From Eledone cirrhosa (taxonomy: Eukaryota), in the NCBI GenBank assembly GCA_964016885.1, contig OZ024743.1, positions 250,232,001 to 250,296,000 of the forward strand: a stretch of DNA of 64,000 nt, given 5' to 3'. Below are positions 25,421-39,797 of this stretch, one piece after another (position 1 is the stretch's first letter; every line of letters begins with the position of its first letter). The position numbers were made by a program, and so were the translations under genes. The notes under the pieces are model-generated. The model was not told the origin of the DNA. It saw only the letters and a list, made by a program, of their open reading frames with translations, and did no database searches.

Positions 25421-25791
25421 ATTTTTACAGGAGGAAAGCATGTGTGGCTTTAGTGAGTCAAGCTAAATCTATCCTAAAACTGAAATGATGAATATCTTTC
25501 TACAACAACTGATAATCTTAAACAAAACATGGTGTATATATGGTGGTGGTGGGGTATTTTCAACAATAACAACAAAGCTTGGTATATATATTCTACAGAT
25601 ATTTGGGAAACACTGACAAAGAACATTTAAAAACAATAACTAATACTACGATTACAATAATTACAATAACAACAGTAAAGTTTAAACATTGCACCATAAA
25701 ATGTTGCATAGATATCTGTCTGTGTATATTGTATTTTTATGTGTGTGTGCATTAAACTGTTTATTTATGTATGTCTGTGTGTATATATATA

Positions 25792-26678
25792 CGAGGTGTA
25801 TCAAAAAAGTTTCAGGACTGATGTCACAAAAGATTTATTTCAAACCCAAACTTCATACTAAGAGTTTTCTCCTTCAAAGTAATCCCCCTGGAGTCTAATG
25901 CACTTTTCCATCCTTTTCTGCCACGCTTGCATGCACTCCTGGAAGGATTCTTCCAGGATCCTCCGCAGTTCCATCATCACAGCCTTTTTGATGTCGTCCC
26001 CATCTTCAAAATGAGTCGCCTCTGGGTCATACTCGAAGATCCATGACTCATCACCGGTGATGACTGTCCCTAGCAAGTCTGGTTCGGTTTCAAGACGCTC
26101 GGGGATGTCCTGGCTCACTTGCATGCGTCGACTCTTCTGGTCATTGTTCAGCAGTTTTGGCACCATCTTCGTGCAGACTTTCCGCATGTCCGAATCTTCA
26201 GTGAGAATCTTCCAGACGCTGTCCCGATTCATGCCCAGCTCATTTGCCATCAGTCGAACATTCAGCCGACGATTGCTATGCACCATCTGCCTGATGCGCT
26301 CAACGTTGACCTCAGTCCTAGTTGTTGAGGGCCTTCCGCTCCTGGGGTCATCTTCCATGTCCTCACATCCTTCTTTAGACCTCTTGCACCACTCAAAAAC
26401 ACGTGAGCATGACATCGTCTCATCTCCATACACTTGCTGCAGCAACCATACCAGAAACTTCAAGTTTGTTCGTTGCTCTGTGCTCATTGCTTGACGACCT
26501 GAAACAGAGGACATGTATATAAAATTATGAAGAAAAATGTTTGATCGCTGCAGAGAGCTAAGATTACAGTTACATACTCCAGGGGGATTACTTTGAAGGA
26601 GAAAACTCTTAGTGTGAAGTTTGGGTTTGAAATAAATCTTTTGTGACATCAGTCCTGGAACTTTTCTGACACACCTCG
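25792..26678 (-). mobile_element. Internally deleted mariner with 103-bp TIRs, TA-flanked
   Basis: 25792-25894 is the inverse of 26576-26678; TA on both sides. Confidence 0.95.
25858..26487 (-). pseudogene. Mariner transposase with intact frame (209 aa) but most of the DDD domain deleted
   Basis: MSTEQRTNLKF..VFEWCKR..DDPRSGRP..MVPKLL..VITGDESWIFEYDPE jumps directly to HFED..IKKAV..GDYFEG; the HDNA and YSPDLAP motifs are missing. Confidence 0.9.
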
Positions 26679-27779
26679 TATATATATGTGCATATCTGTG
26701 TGTCTGTATATATAATATTGTGTATTTCTTTATATATGGGTCTTTATTTACATGTTTGTATAACATTGAATATTTCTGTGTGGGTATGTGTCGTCAAAAC
26801 TGTATTTATTTGGGTATGTGTGTGTGTGTATGAATCTTTGTGTATGCATGTGTGTATATATGTGCCTCTATGTATGTGTGCATGCATGAATGTGTGTGTA
26901 TATGGATATGTGTGTACACGTGTATATGTGGGTGCTTATATGTATGTATCTGCTTGTATTAAGTATGTGTATGTATGTTTATATATGTATATATATATAT
27001 ATATGTATATATATGTATTATATATGTGTGTGTGTGTGTGTAAGTGTGTGCAGGCACATGTGTACAGAAGGGAGAAACACACACAACAGTCTTCAGTCAG
27101 TTTTCAAAATAATCAAACACACTTGGTTTGCTTCGTATTGATCCAAATATCAACCTGAGAGAACAAACACTAAGTTTTGTTTTTAGAAGATTTATATAGA
27201 AAATCAGTCTTCTTTAATTATCCATTGGAACGGATCATTTGCTTTCTAATAATCTTTTCTTCTTTATTTTTATAAGTTAAATAATATAAAAAAAGAAGAG
27301 CAGAGATTGTCTGTGACTGCTGACACAAACAATAAGTTCAAAGAACAAAAATAAAATAAAACAGCAGGAATAACAAAATATTTCTGAAAAGAAAACACAC
27401 GTATATATATATATTATAAATTTTTTCTTATTATGACAAAAATATGTTACATAAATGGAATGTGTGTGTATGTATATATAAATTTGAGAGTAAGTTGTGG
27501 TGATGTAAGAGTCTATCTATCAATTATGTTGTTGTGGATGCTGCTTTTCTTCTTGTTAAAGATAATAATTACTGGTAAGTTGTTTGTTAAATAAAATAAA
27601 TCTCTCAGAATGAAATACGATGTAAAATTTACTCATATTTATCTATTCTTGTAGGATCTGATAAATACAATTACTGGGACACAAACCATTGTTTTATATA
27701 GATGGAATAAATAATAGTCTGTTTCTTCATGTGACTTTAAGGAAGTTATGTTTGTGTGAATCTATGTGCATATATATAA

Positions 27780-27844
<65 letters not shown>

Positions 27845-28228
27845 GTAGATTTGTTTTTGAAACATATATATTTGTATGTATGTATCATCATTATTTTATA
27901 ACTGTTTTTACAAGCTCACACAAATATATATATATATATATATAAATATCTGTGTGTGTTTGTATATATATAAGTGTATGTGGTATATATGTATACATAT
28001 ATATGTATACATATATATGTATACATATATATATATATATATACACACGCACACATACATATATATATATATATATATTAGAGAGAGAAAGAACAGATTT
28101 TTATTTGTATATCCATGCAATGTTTTGCAAATATACAGCTCTAATCTATATGCTTTTATGTAATTCAACTCTGATCTGCTCCTCAGACACTAAAACATTT
28201 ACAATTCACACATCTATCTACCTCTGTA

Positions 28229-28292
<64 letters not shown>

Positions 28293-28369
28293 TAAAAATA
28301 AAATGAGCCCATTTATTTTTGCCTACAAAAATTCATGACGCCAGATTTATTTAGTTCAAATTATTACAA

Positions 28370-29100
28370 ACAACATATCAAAACATCACCATTTTCTGAT
28401 GTTTCTGTCCAGAGTTACAGCACATGTTCCAAGAGCTGCTTGATGAAGTTTAGAATAATATCTTTACAAACAGACCTAGGGATAGCTCTGATCTCTTCCC
28501 TATATTTTCCTTTAGTTTAGTGATGGTCCTGGGTTTGTTGGCATATATTCTATCCTTCCAATAGCCCCAATGAAAAGAAAGAAATCTGGAGGGCTTAAAT
28601 CAGGGCTGTGTGGAGCCCACTCAAAATCAGTTTTCAAACTGATTACATGATTTTAAAAGTTATTTTTCAACCATTATCATGATTATTGATGATGTGAGGG
28701 CTTGTTCTGTCCTGCAGGAACCATACCTTATTCATTAAAGATGGGTAACCCCTTTTTTTTATATTTCCAGGACTACCACATAACATTCCTTTAGGACTGT
28801 AGCAGTGACACAATTTTCTTCAAAGAAGAATGGGCCAATCTACCCTCTCCCAGAAATGGCAGTCTAATCTGTACATTTAGTCAAGTGGAGAAGTCTCACA
28901 GCCACTTCAGTTCATTTCTCTGATCTCCAGAATGCATTGTTCTTAGAGTTGAACTTCCCCTCTAAGTGAAAGTGGGCTTCATCAGAGGTCCAAAAGAGAA
29001 TCAGAAAATTCAGGTTGTTTCCATCTTCTACAGCATTTTCTCAGCCATACCCTTTCTGTTGTTTTATCAGCTACAATAAGCTTTTGTTTAGTCTGTAGGG
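28370..29100 (-). pseudogene. Decayed Tc1/mariner-superfamily transposase (DD37D/DD41D-like)
   Basis: Minus-strand fragments FWTSDEAHFHLEGKFNSKNNAFW, WFLQD and WAPHSPDLSPPDF. Confidence 0.78.
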
Positions 29101-29288
29101 GTATTTCTTAAGACCCTCTTCGACAACCCTATTACAAGCATTCAGATCAAGTTTCTGGTTTGAAGATACCTTCCTCTAAGACACTAGACACGATGACCTC
29201 AACTATGGTTCATGAGCACAATCCCTCTCTCCGTCCATCCTACACTAAACTGGAAAAATATACAGCAATGTTTATTATAAATATTTAA

Positions 29289-29479
29289 CCATTTTGATAC
29301 CAAGCTGCTTGAAGCTGACCTTGGTTCTATAATAACCTTTGTTAAATTATGCTCCAAACATTAGCATAATAATGAGTAAGTTATATTATAAAATTGCTCC
29401 AAATTCTTGAATATTATCAAAACTATTTGAAAATCATGAACAGTGTTTCTCTCATATAGAAATATGGTAATGAAAGGAT
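29289..29479. mobile_element. piggyBac-like MITE
   Basis: TTAA-ccattttgatacc ... ggtaatgaaaggat-TTAA; inverse relative of 36106-36312. Confidence 0.55.
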
Positions 29480-31039
29480 TTAACTATTTTTGACACAAAA
29501 TAACCTGAAACTGCCCTTCTCTCCTTGGCTGAATAGAAAAAAAGACTTGTTTTTATATACTTGCAGCAAATTGACAGAGTTGTTAGAATGTCAGATAGAA
29601 AGTTTTGTGGCAATCGTTCTGGATCTCCTGTTCTCTGATTTCAAGTTCCAGTATGTGTAGGGGGACAATTTTTCCTTTTATCATGTGAGATCAATGAAAT
29701 AAAAGTACCAGTCAGGTACTAGGGTCAATGCTTTTATATCTCTTTCTCACTCTCCATCTCTGAACAAAATCAACAATGTTTAGACCAGGATAGAAGATGG
29801 GGACTATATCAGAAGTTACAGATCCATACATACATACATATCTTTGCAATATGTTTAAACATATTCATAACAAAATGTCTCAAATTGCCCTTCCCCACTG
29901 ATTAAACACAAAAAAATATATAGCAGTGTTTTTTTTATTTATATGCATATATATTTACTATCTCTGTAATATGATTTTTGTACAATGCTGTGACTTCTAT
30001 ACAGAACAGTGTTGAGCTGTTAGATATGAAAACAATACATTAGGCTGATGGAATGTCTCCTATAAAAGTATTCTGAAGAATATTCTCTCAAGAGGAAAAC
30101 TCAAATATAATGGCTATTAATTTTGTTGGAATATTTTGTTGTTTGTGGTGATGGTGTTGGTAGTGGTAATGGTAGAAGTGGTGTTGCAGGTGGTATTGTT
30201 GTTGGTGGTGATGGTGGAGTTAGTGGTGTGCAGATAGTGTTGTTATTGAAGTGGTGGTAATAATGGTGGTGTTAGTGGTGCTGTTGTTGATGTTGTGGTG
30301 GTTGTTGGTGGTGCTGTTGTTGGTGAATAGTATAAATTATTCTATGTTTTACTTGAAGCATCAACAATACTTGGCAATCAGTATGAGAGCAACAACTTTA
30401 TTATAAATATCGTCTAGGTAAAAAAAATATAGAATAATAAATAAAAATAATAGGTTTGTGATCTTCTGATGAGTAACTTTCTTTTACAGAGAAAAAGAAA
30501 AAAAAAACGATTGAAATTCACCATTTAAAGAGGAGAGAGAGATATAGAGAAATAAAACATTGCAATGATTCAGGTTGTAATAAAGAAAGGTTTAAAGTGT
30601 TCTATTTTGATAATAAACCTGTCTTGAAGACTCCGCAAGATCTGTAAGCTGGGATATTATGAGGAAATTACAACTTGGTTTGGCTATTAGACTCTTGATG
30701 TTAAATCCAACTCTGCCCACCACCATACAAGCTGCAGACCAGAAATGTTGACCAAAGTTGAAGATTAAAGTTGATATCAAACTAAAAGCTTTCTACTCTA
30801 TATCTATTTATATATTTTTTGGTCCTGGTCTGAATTTTAAAAAATTCTTTTTCACAAAAGTGAAATGTTTTTTTTTTGTTTTCAAATCTGAAGAATGAAA
30901 AGATATTTCTTCCTCTGCAGATGTATTGGTAAAAAGAAAATGGAACAAAGTTTTAAATTATTAATTAATTCTTAACATTCAATAATGATTTAGCAGAAAA
31001 TATCTAAAAATATATTTGATAATTTAAAATGTTTTTTAG

Positions 31040-31440
31040 AACCTTTACAGCTATAGAGATCATTGTGAAAATTTGCAATATTAGAGTAAAAACAATTTTT
31101 AATGTGATTCAGTCATAGTGCTGTTTTGTACTTTTCAAGAATGTCTTGTTAACGTGGTTTTATATGATTTGTTAATTCAAATAGTGAGAGTATGTTTACA
31201 GCTGTACAGATTGTTATAAAACAATTGCAATATAAGAGTAAAGACTTCACTGTTTAATTTCATGCAGTCATAATGCTGTTTCACCTTTTTAAAGAATTTC
31301 TTGCGAATGTGGTTTCATGTGGTACAAGATGTTTCAAATGTTTATAGTATTTTTACTACTGTACAAATTTGCAATATTGATTGTGCTATTTCAGTCATTT
31401 AAGAATGTTGTGGTAATTTCATTTAGTACAGGATCTTATT
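31040..31440. repeat. Degenerate tandem repeat, ~150-bp unit, about three copies
   Basis: tttac..ct(a/g)ta..ttgcaata..cagtcat..aagaat..gtggt recurs. Confidence 0.55.
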
Positions 31441-32603
31441 ACTTAAACTATATAAAATGTAGAGAATTAATAATCAAAGTTAATTCTTCATGAATGAAAT
31501 AAAGACAAAATATATATATTTTTAAATAAATAAAATAATCCCCACCGTTCCTCCTCTTTGCTATTGCTGCTGTTAAAGTGTTTATATTAGATGCAGAGGT
31601 AACTGGACATGTCAGTGGTTTGAGACGGCTATATAAAGGCTGACATATGAACACAACAATATTTGGATTAACTCTGTATCAACTACAAGTAGGACCCAAG
31701 TTTGTCACCCTCCATGTGGTAATCCCTAGAAACTGATCATCAGTTTTTTTATCTCAATCAGGTGAATTGCAACAACCTAAGACCAACTCATATAGAAGTT
31801 ACAAGTGAAAACAACCTTAAGTCTTTAGCATTTACATTAATCTATATTTACTATGTATTTTCATGGTAAAGGCTTTATTTCACAATTATCTCACACAATA
31901 TCGAATCTATGATATTTTGATATTATTTATTTTGAGAACAATATCTTAACATAAGTATGAGCAACCAGTTATGGCCACTTTGAACAGAAAGACGAGAGAG
32001 AATTCTGGCTGAATATGGCCAGTTTAAATGCAAAACAGTTAACATACAACAATCAAATAGACATTCTATATGTGCTATATTGAATCTACATTTATCTATT
32101 GGGTTTAGATTTCTTAATTCCCAAATTCCTGACAATTTTCAAAATTCTTCAAAAATAGGAAATGTATTTCATTAGAAATTTGGTAATGAAAGGGTTAAAC
32201 AAGAGAGATTGTGTTTTTCTTTTTGCAGGGGTGTCATAACATAACATGTAATGAAGTAAAATATAATACCAGTTTGTGAAGACAACAAAATGAAAAATCT
32301 TGTGTGAGTGTACATACACATACATACGTGTATACATGCATATGTGTGTGTGTGTGTGTAGGTGTATATATGTATGTGCATGCACACAATACAGCTGATG
32401 GTTATATATGTTTTCTTAATTTCATAACACGCTTCTTATTTTATACAGTATACAATTGTTAATCACTATATATACTATACAATTATTTATGTAATTAATT
32501 GCAGGATGCACTCCAAATCACAATACATACAGTGCATATGGTACATTTTCTTAAATATAGACATATATGTGTATATATAAATATATATATATTTATATAT
32601 ATA

Positions 32604-32759
32604 AATCATGATGGAATCAGTTTGAAATTGGTTAGAACATTACTCAACAGAGTACTCAATACTTGGAGTAGTAGAGTATGGTTATATTATAAAGAGTCAG
32701 GACCCAATCTGGAACTAGCTGTTGAAATGGCAAGAGTTCAACGATCAGGTCCCGACTCT

Positions 32760-32768
<9 letters not shown>
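32604..32768 (-). mobile_element. Fold-back insertion with tail
   Basis: Arms tatattataaagagtcaggacc / ggtcccgactctttataatata. Motif ACTC-TACT-ACTCCA-AGTA-TT-GAGT on minus at 32654-32677. Confidence 0.72.
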
Positions 32769-32790
<22 letters not shown>

Positions 32791-33039
32791 GCTTGAGGTG
32801 TGAAAACTTGTAAAGATTATGTAATAATATCTACATAAATATATATATATTGTTATAATTGGAAATGGTCATGTTGCCATCTTTGCCAATAAAAAGATAA
32901 TTCAAGCTTTATTATTATTAGTTATTGGCTATTTCATCACACATTCTATGATTTCTTCAATGGCTATTTCTTCTTTTCTGTGACCCCTCTCCTTGCTGTT
33001 CTTATTCCATCTTAAGATGGAGTAAACAGAACAAACATC

Positions 33040-34100
33040 ATTTTACCATTGCTTTATTTTCTGGCATGGGTTGGTACAATCTGAGTCAGTTCTTATTCAG
33101 TGTTATTATCCTTTTAGATTAGTTGGTTAAACTATATATCACTTGTGCACTCCAACTTTTGGCCTGATTTCTACAGCTGGATGCTTTTCACAACCACTAT
33201 ACAACACATTACAGAGTGTATTTAGTTTATTGTCATGGCACCAACACAACTTTACAAAGTATAGTGGGTGCATCTTATGGCACAAGCACTAGCGAGGTTG
33301 TTTCCTCATCAAGAATGAAGAGTCCTCTTTACCTTATTTCATTGTCAATCACTTTATAAAGTACACTGGGTTAATTTTACTCTGATACCATCATTAGAGA
33401 GCTTGTCATATCCTCAACAATAGTAGAGGAGCCCTCTCTGCTCTATGTAACCTATATTTGATCTTCAACCTTTCTACAGAGTGTATTTTGTGCATCTAAT
33501 CATGGCACTGTCACTATAGATACTGCATACTCAAAACAAAATTTAAGAGTCCTCTTCCATTTGATTGTCAACCCATTTATAGAATGTACTGGGTTTATTT
33601 TACCAGTATAAGAGAGGTTGTTTTGTTTTCAATAACACTAGAGAGCCCTCTTTACACAATGACACTTCCATTCTTTTTTCAACTTCCTTACAGGGTGTAT
33701 TGGATGCATCTAATCATGGCATCATTATAGATCCTGCCTATTCTCAACAAGATTTAAGAGTTCTGTCTATCCTTTGGCATTCCCATTTCATTGTCAACAC
33801 CTTTACAGAATGTTCTGGGTTCATTTTCTCATGAACATCAGACTAGAGAAGTTATGCCCGCAAAATCAATGGCACCACCATTACAAAGTGTACTGGGTTC
33901 ATTTTAACATGCCCTATCACTACAGAAGTTATGCCCTCAAGAACACTAAAGAGCCCTCTCTACCCTATGACACATCTATTACAAAGTGTACTAGGTTCAT
34001 TTTATCGTGCCCTAGTACTAGAGAAATTATTATGCCCTCAAGAACACTAAAGAGCCCACTCTATCCTTTGGTGTTTTCATTCAATCATAAACCACTTTGC
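33040..34100 (-). repeat. Degenerate tandem array grown from a LINE/SINE 3'-tail unit
   Basis: Starts with gatttctacagctggatgc (SINE A/RTE tail), then about eight variants of ttaca(a/g)agtgtactggg...c.aga.ag...cctcaa..gagccctct. Confidence 0.65.
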
Positions 34101-35389
34101 AGCAACAATTACACAACTAAAACAAAACAAAAAGCCCAGATATAATTATTGTATTATTTACATTATATTCAACAATCCTGTACACTTTATAAATCCATTA
34201 AATGCATCTGGTATATTATTGTATGAGTTACAATAACAGAGCTAAACTGGAAATGATAACAACAACAAAAAAATAGATATTGCTAGAAGCTTTTAATAGC
34301 GATACAGTCAGGCCATTTGCTGCTGCTGTTGTTGTTGTTGTTGAGTGGGTCGGCTAGAGATGTATCAATCAACTCCATCATAAAATGCAATATGTAGATG
34401 ATCAAAGACATGAAGCAGCAATGGGAATCAATTATTTCTTATCAGCTCCATTGTGAAATCATTGATATTTTGTTTTTGTCCTGATATTGCAATATTGCAT
34501 ATTTATATGTTAGTAAGGTGGTGCTGGTTGTGTTGGTGGTGGCGATAATGATAATAATGATACTGATGATGAGTATGGGATCCTGGTGGTGGTGGTGTGG
34601 TGGAAAAGGTGGATGTGAGTGAGGATGATGTTGGTGATGATAATTATGACGATTGTGGGGAAATTGCAATGATGATGATGATAATCATGATCATGATGAT
34701 AGTGGTATGGTGGTGGGGGCGTGTTGATGATGGGAAGATGATTATGATGGTGGTGATAATGACAACGATAGCAATAATGCTAACAGTAATGACGGCGACA
34801 ATGAAAAACACTTGATGGAAATATATTATTTTAATTACTTTGCTCAGGGCCAATCAATGTAGTAGCAGTTTCCACACATTTATGTACGGCAGTGGAACTG
34901 ATACAATTCCTTTGTTCCTTTCGGTCTTTCTCTTTTTTTCACACTATTTGTTTTTTCCTTAATTTAATAATAATAAGTACTGTAGAGTTCTTTAACTCTT
35001 CATAATCATTAATGGAGCTATATACATACTATAACAATAACACCAGCGATATCCATCTTGAAATGATTATGATTATAATGCCCTCAGTTAAATAAAAATA
35101 CAAACTATTTTGTTAAATAAAGAATATTATGTGTATGTGTATGTGTATATTTTATACATAGTTACATATATTTACACATATACACATATATATATGTATA
35201 TATTTGAAAATGTAACTTCTTCAATGTAGATAACTACATTAATAGTTGAATAAATTTGGTTAACTACCCTTGGAGATGGTAAAATGTGGATGGAGATGCC
35301 TGTGTGTTTAACCATTTACTTGCATATCTATTCAAATTTCACAATACTTCATAAACCAACCAATCTTGTTTACACACACACACACACAT

Positions 35390-35449
<60 letters not shown>

Positions 35450-35506
35450 TCACTGTTTAATGTCTATTTTCCACAGTATCATGGATTAGGCACAATGACA
35501 TATGTG

Positions 35507-35564
<58 letters not shown>

Positions 35565-36105
35565 CATATACATACATATGCATACATATATGTGTGTGTG
35601 TGTGTGTGTTTGTTGATATACATATATATATATATATATTGGAGAATTGTGATTAGGTATAATATAACAAAATTTGATAATAGAATGTGAATGTAGAAAC
35701 TTTGAAAACAAAATATATTTTCTTGTATTAATGTCGTAAAAAACGGAAAGTAAGCATGTTTGAAAGGCTAGAGTGCACTGTGAAAGGGAAATATTTAGAA
35801 ATATTACTAATTGCTTTTAATAGCCCCTCTTTTTCATTTAAAAACACTTCTCTGATAACTATGACATTATCAACTACTAATAATTCTATTTTAACCAATT
35901 TGTGTTTATTTTACCCAGTTTTCACCCATGCTGAGGGCACATCGTGCTCTGAGCAATTGTCACAAAATGCACCCATCTTGTATCATCTCTCTTATCCCTT
36001 TTTTAACCATATTTCTAATGTGCCTTATGATTTTCAAATCCTTAAAGAATAATCAAGAATTTAGGGGGTGGGGCTTAGTGATATAATTAATTTTCTTATT
36101 GTCAA

Positions 36106-36312
36106 CCCTTTCATTACCATATTTATAATAAAAGTCACTGCCTTTGATTTTTAAATCATTTCAAAAATAAAAAAATTAGTGAGATTTAGAAATATGAACT
36201 TCCCCATTTAAGCTGGTGTTTAGAACAATAGTTCTTACATAAACAACTCTAAAATATTCAGTTTTGTACCATTGAAACAAGGGAAGTTTCAGGCAGTTTT
36301 GTATCAAAAGGG
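36106..36312. mobile_element. piggyBac-like MITE
   Basis: tcaa-CCCTTTCATTACC ... GTATCAAAAGGG-TTAA. Confidence 0.6.
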
Positions 36313-37243
36313 TTAAGCAACTTTTTCAGCTTATTTCTAATGACAACAGACCAAGAAGGAAAACCAAAGAAAGTTCTCTCTTCAAGTCTGTGAACCTTCA
36401 GTTTTCTTTCCAGAGTAACAAAACATGGAAATTATAAAGATATCTTCTGAAGAAGGAGAAAAAAAAAAGAACAAACCAAAATAAAACAATTGATTATTTA
36501 AAAATTGCCAAGTCTATAAACCTCATTTTGGAAAATATTATTTGTCTTTTGCAGACAATAAATAAATAAAACACATACAACACAGAAAAATATTTCAATT
36601 CTGGTGAGACCCCCCCACACACACACACACACCACCACCACCACTTTTCTTTTTAAATATAAATCAAGGAATAAATATCTGGTCGCTAGAAAATTTAATA
36701 ATAATAGTAATAATAATAATAAAAAAAAGGAGAACAACAACAAGAATTGTTGGGAAGTATTATATGGAAATACAAATCCACATGGTTCAATTAAAAATAT
36801 AAACGAACCAAAAAAGCTGCAATAATGAAATTAAAAAGGCACTGAAAGATAATTGATTGCATCTGTTAATGTATTCGAGAAATATTTGCATAAACATACC
36901 TCTTCCCAACCCTAAAATATTACACCACGAAAACTAAACAAAATCAAAATATGTTCTGTAATAAGAACGACTGCAAATATATAATAATTGAAACAGAACA
37001 GATAAAGTTGTTAAAATATTCATACTTTCGTATATCCTACCCCCTACACCTACTGCATTCTACATCCCACCACCACTGCACTCAACCTCCATCTTTCTCT
37101 TGTTCCTCTCCCTCTCACCTCTGTTTCTACTTCTGTTCAGAGCACCACCACTAACTCTGTTAGCCTCTTAATAAATACACCAAGCTGTTAGCACAGTTAA
37201 TAGTGTTGACACAATATATATACAAACATATATACATATACAA

Positions 37244-37287
<44 letters not shown>

Positions 37288-37317
37288 TATATATATGTAT
37301 ATATATATATATATATA

Positions 37318-37351
<34 letters not shown>

Positions 37352-37509
37352 TATATACACTATATATATATATACACTATATATATATACACACTATATA
37401 TATATATATACACTATATATATATATACACTATATACACTATATATATATATACACTATATACACTATATATATATATACACTATATATATATATATACA
37501 CTATATACA

Positions 37510-37541
<32 letters not shown>

Positions 37542-37620
37542 TCTATATATATATATATATATATATATACTCTATATATATATATATATATACTCTATAT
37601 ATATATATATATATATATAT

Positions 37621-37796
37621 ACTCGGTTGAGCTCAAGCCATCACGACGGCCAATTCTGGAGTCCAGAATTGGCCATCGAGACGGCTTGAGCTCAGCCGTC
37701 GGGGTCCTACTCGTTCCTATTACCCACTCTACTACCTTAAGTATTGAGTACTTTGGTGCGTTATGGTCCACCTGGTTCCTTACCACATTTCCTTCG

Positions 37797-37797
<1 letters not shown>
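37621..37797 (+). mobile_element. Fold-back insertion with tail
   Basis: ~37-bp arms around aattctgga-g-tccagaatt. Motif ACTC-TACT-ACCTTA-AGTA-TT-GAGT at 37726-37749. Embedded in (TA)n. Confidence 0.78.
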
Positions 37798-37879
<82 letters not shown>

Positions 37880-37952
37880 CACTGATGATGATGATGACAC
37901 TATATATATATATACACTATATATATATATATATATACACTATATATATATA

Positions 37953-38000
<48 letters not shown>

Positions 38001-39184
38001 TCATATATCATATATATACTCATATATATATATATATATAGAGAGAGAGAGCTAGGCATATATGGAAACATGTAGAGTATGTTTAATAAATATACATATA
38101 GTCTCTACTGTATGTATACTATCATACATATCACAGTTACTTCAACATATGTGTGATGTGTGTGTGAGCATGTATGCATCCCTTTGTTTAAATATCTAGT
38201 CAAAATGAATATTGCAGGATATAGTTAAGTGGAAATATGTTTTCTGTATGTGTATATATGTATATATTGTATTTACAAGTGTTTGGGAGTGTGTATAACT
38301 ACCACTATACTTTCTCTCTTTCACATACCCTGTCTGACTCTTTCAAGCATTTTGTGCATCAAGTAATCAGCTCTGTCGATTTACCAACTTCATAACTAAT
38401 GGCATCCAACCATCCATCTATCTATCAATCTACATATCTCCCTATCATACCATCTCTCAAGATCTCTATCTGCCTACCTATCAGTCTATCCATCATTATC
38501 TGTCCATTTTTCTACCTATCTATCAATATACAATAGTATCTCTCTCTCAATCTATCTATCTATATATCTCTCTCTCGCTAGATGGCAGTATATAATTGCC
38601 CCCCCCCCCCCCCCCCCCACCTCTCTGAAGTTTCTTACTCTGTCCATCTCTCTGTCAATATATACTCTCTCTCTCTCTCTCTTGGTCTCTCATGCTCTCT
38701 TTCGACCTACCTCTTTCCCTTTCTCTCTATCTCTCTCCTTGCAGACACAATCAATATATCAAAGAACAGTATCTTATCTGTTAGACATGAACACTTCTAT
38801 TATCGATTGATTGATTGATTGATATGTAAAAAACAAAACAAACAAAAACAAAATCAATGTTTCAATTAAAAAAAGGTGGGACATTGCTATATATTTTTTC
38901 TTTTTTGTTTAGTATCAAACTTGTTAATCCATACTGTTTCTACAGGCATTACCTTGAAACAGATCAATGGATCAATGGATCAATAAATATTATTGGTCTA
39001 TGATCAGATGATCAGAGAGGCTGGTGTTCAGAATACAGAGTGACAGAATGTTTTTTTTCTGCTGCTCAGGTATTATTTTTTCCTTCATATCCAATGTCAA
39101 GTTATTTAATAAACATACAGCACACACAATCTACACATACATATGGTTCGATATACAAATCCACTTATATAAACACATTGATAA

Positions 39185-39234
<50 letters not shown>

Positions 39235-39261
39235 TTATACTTGGGGAGGGTCACATTGTTG

Positions 39262-39455
39262 TAATAATTGTTTCTACTTTTGGCACAAGGCTATCAATTA
39301 CCCAGTACATTACTGGTACTTTATTTTATCGATCCCGTAAGCATGAAAGGCAAAGTTAACCTCGGCGGGATTTGAACTCAGACCGCAAAGGGACGTAACT
39401 ATGCTGGAAAGCATGGAGTTCGACCCTCTACTGATACTGCCAATCTACCGCCCTT
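39262..39455 (-). mobile_element. SINE family B, full length
   Basis: Inverse match to 24672-24872. Confidence 0.88.
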
Positions 39456-39647
39456 TGTAATAATATTGCCAGAAATAATAACAGAACACACTCACTGTTT
39501 GGTTGGATTTTGCTTCTGTGTCTTTTATATCTCCACAGTTAATTCATTGTCCTCAATATTTATCATTTATCTATACATATATACATACCTATACATATAC
39601 ATATATACATACATATACATAAATATATATATATATAGAGAGAGAGA

Positions 39648-39797
39648 GGGGGAACCGACTGCGATGCCTAGTGGTTTGGGCTTGTATTTGACAAGGCTTT
39701 TAAAGGTTTTTATACCTTCCTCTATAACTGCTCTGCTTCTTCCCATGCCAAGAGTACTGCCCTGATTTGTGGTCTCCACAGTCTCAGCACCACAGAC
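39648..39797 (+). mobile_element. Tail-only fragment of the fold-back family (degenerate motif)
   Basis: GCTC-TGC..GC-CAA-GAGT-ACT at 39730-39758, between microsatellites. Confidence 0.45.

Noticed and set aside
26488-26766. N-terminal extension of the 302-aa mariner ORF
   Set aside because: Runs through the TIR and flanking DNA; transposase homology starts at MSTEQR.
34442-34853. His/Met/Ile-rich ORFs
   Set aside because: (GAT)/(GGT) trinucleotide low-complexity sequence, as at 30140-30325.
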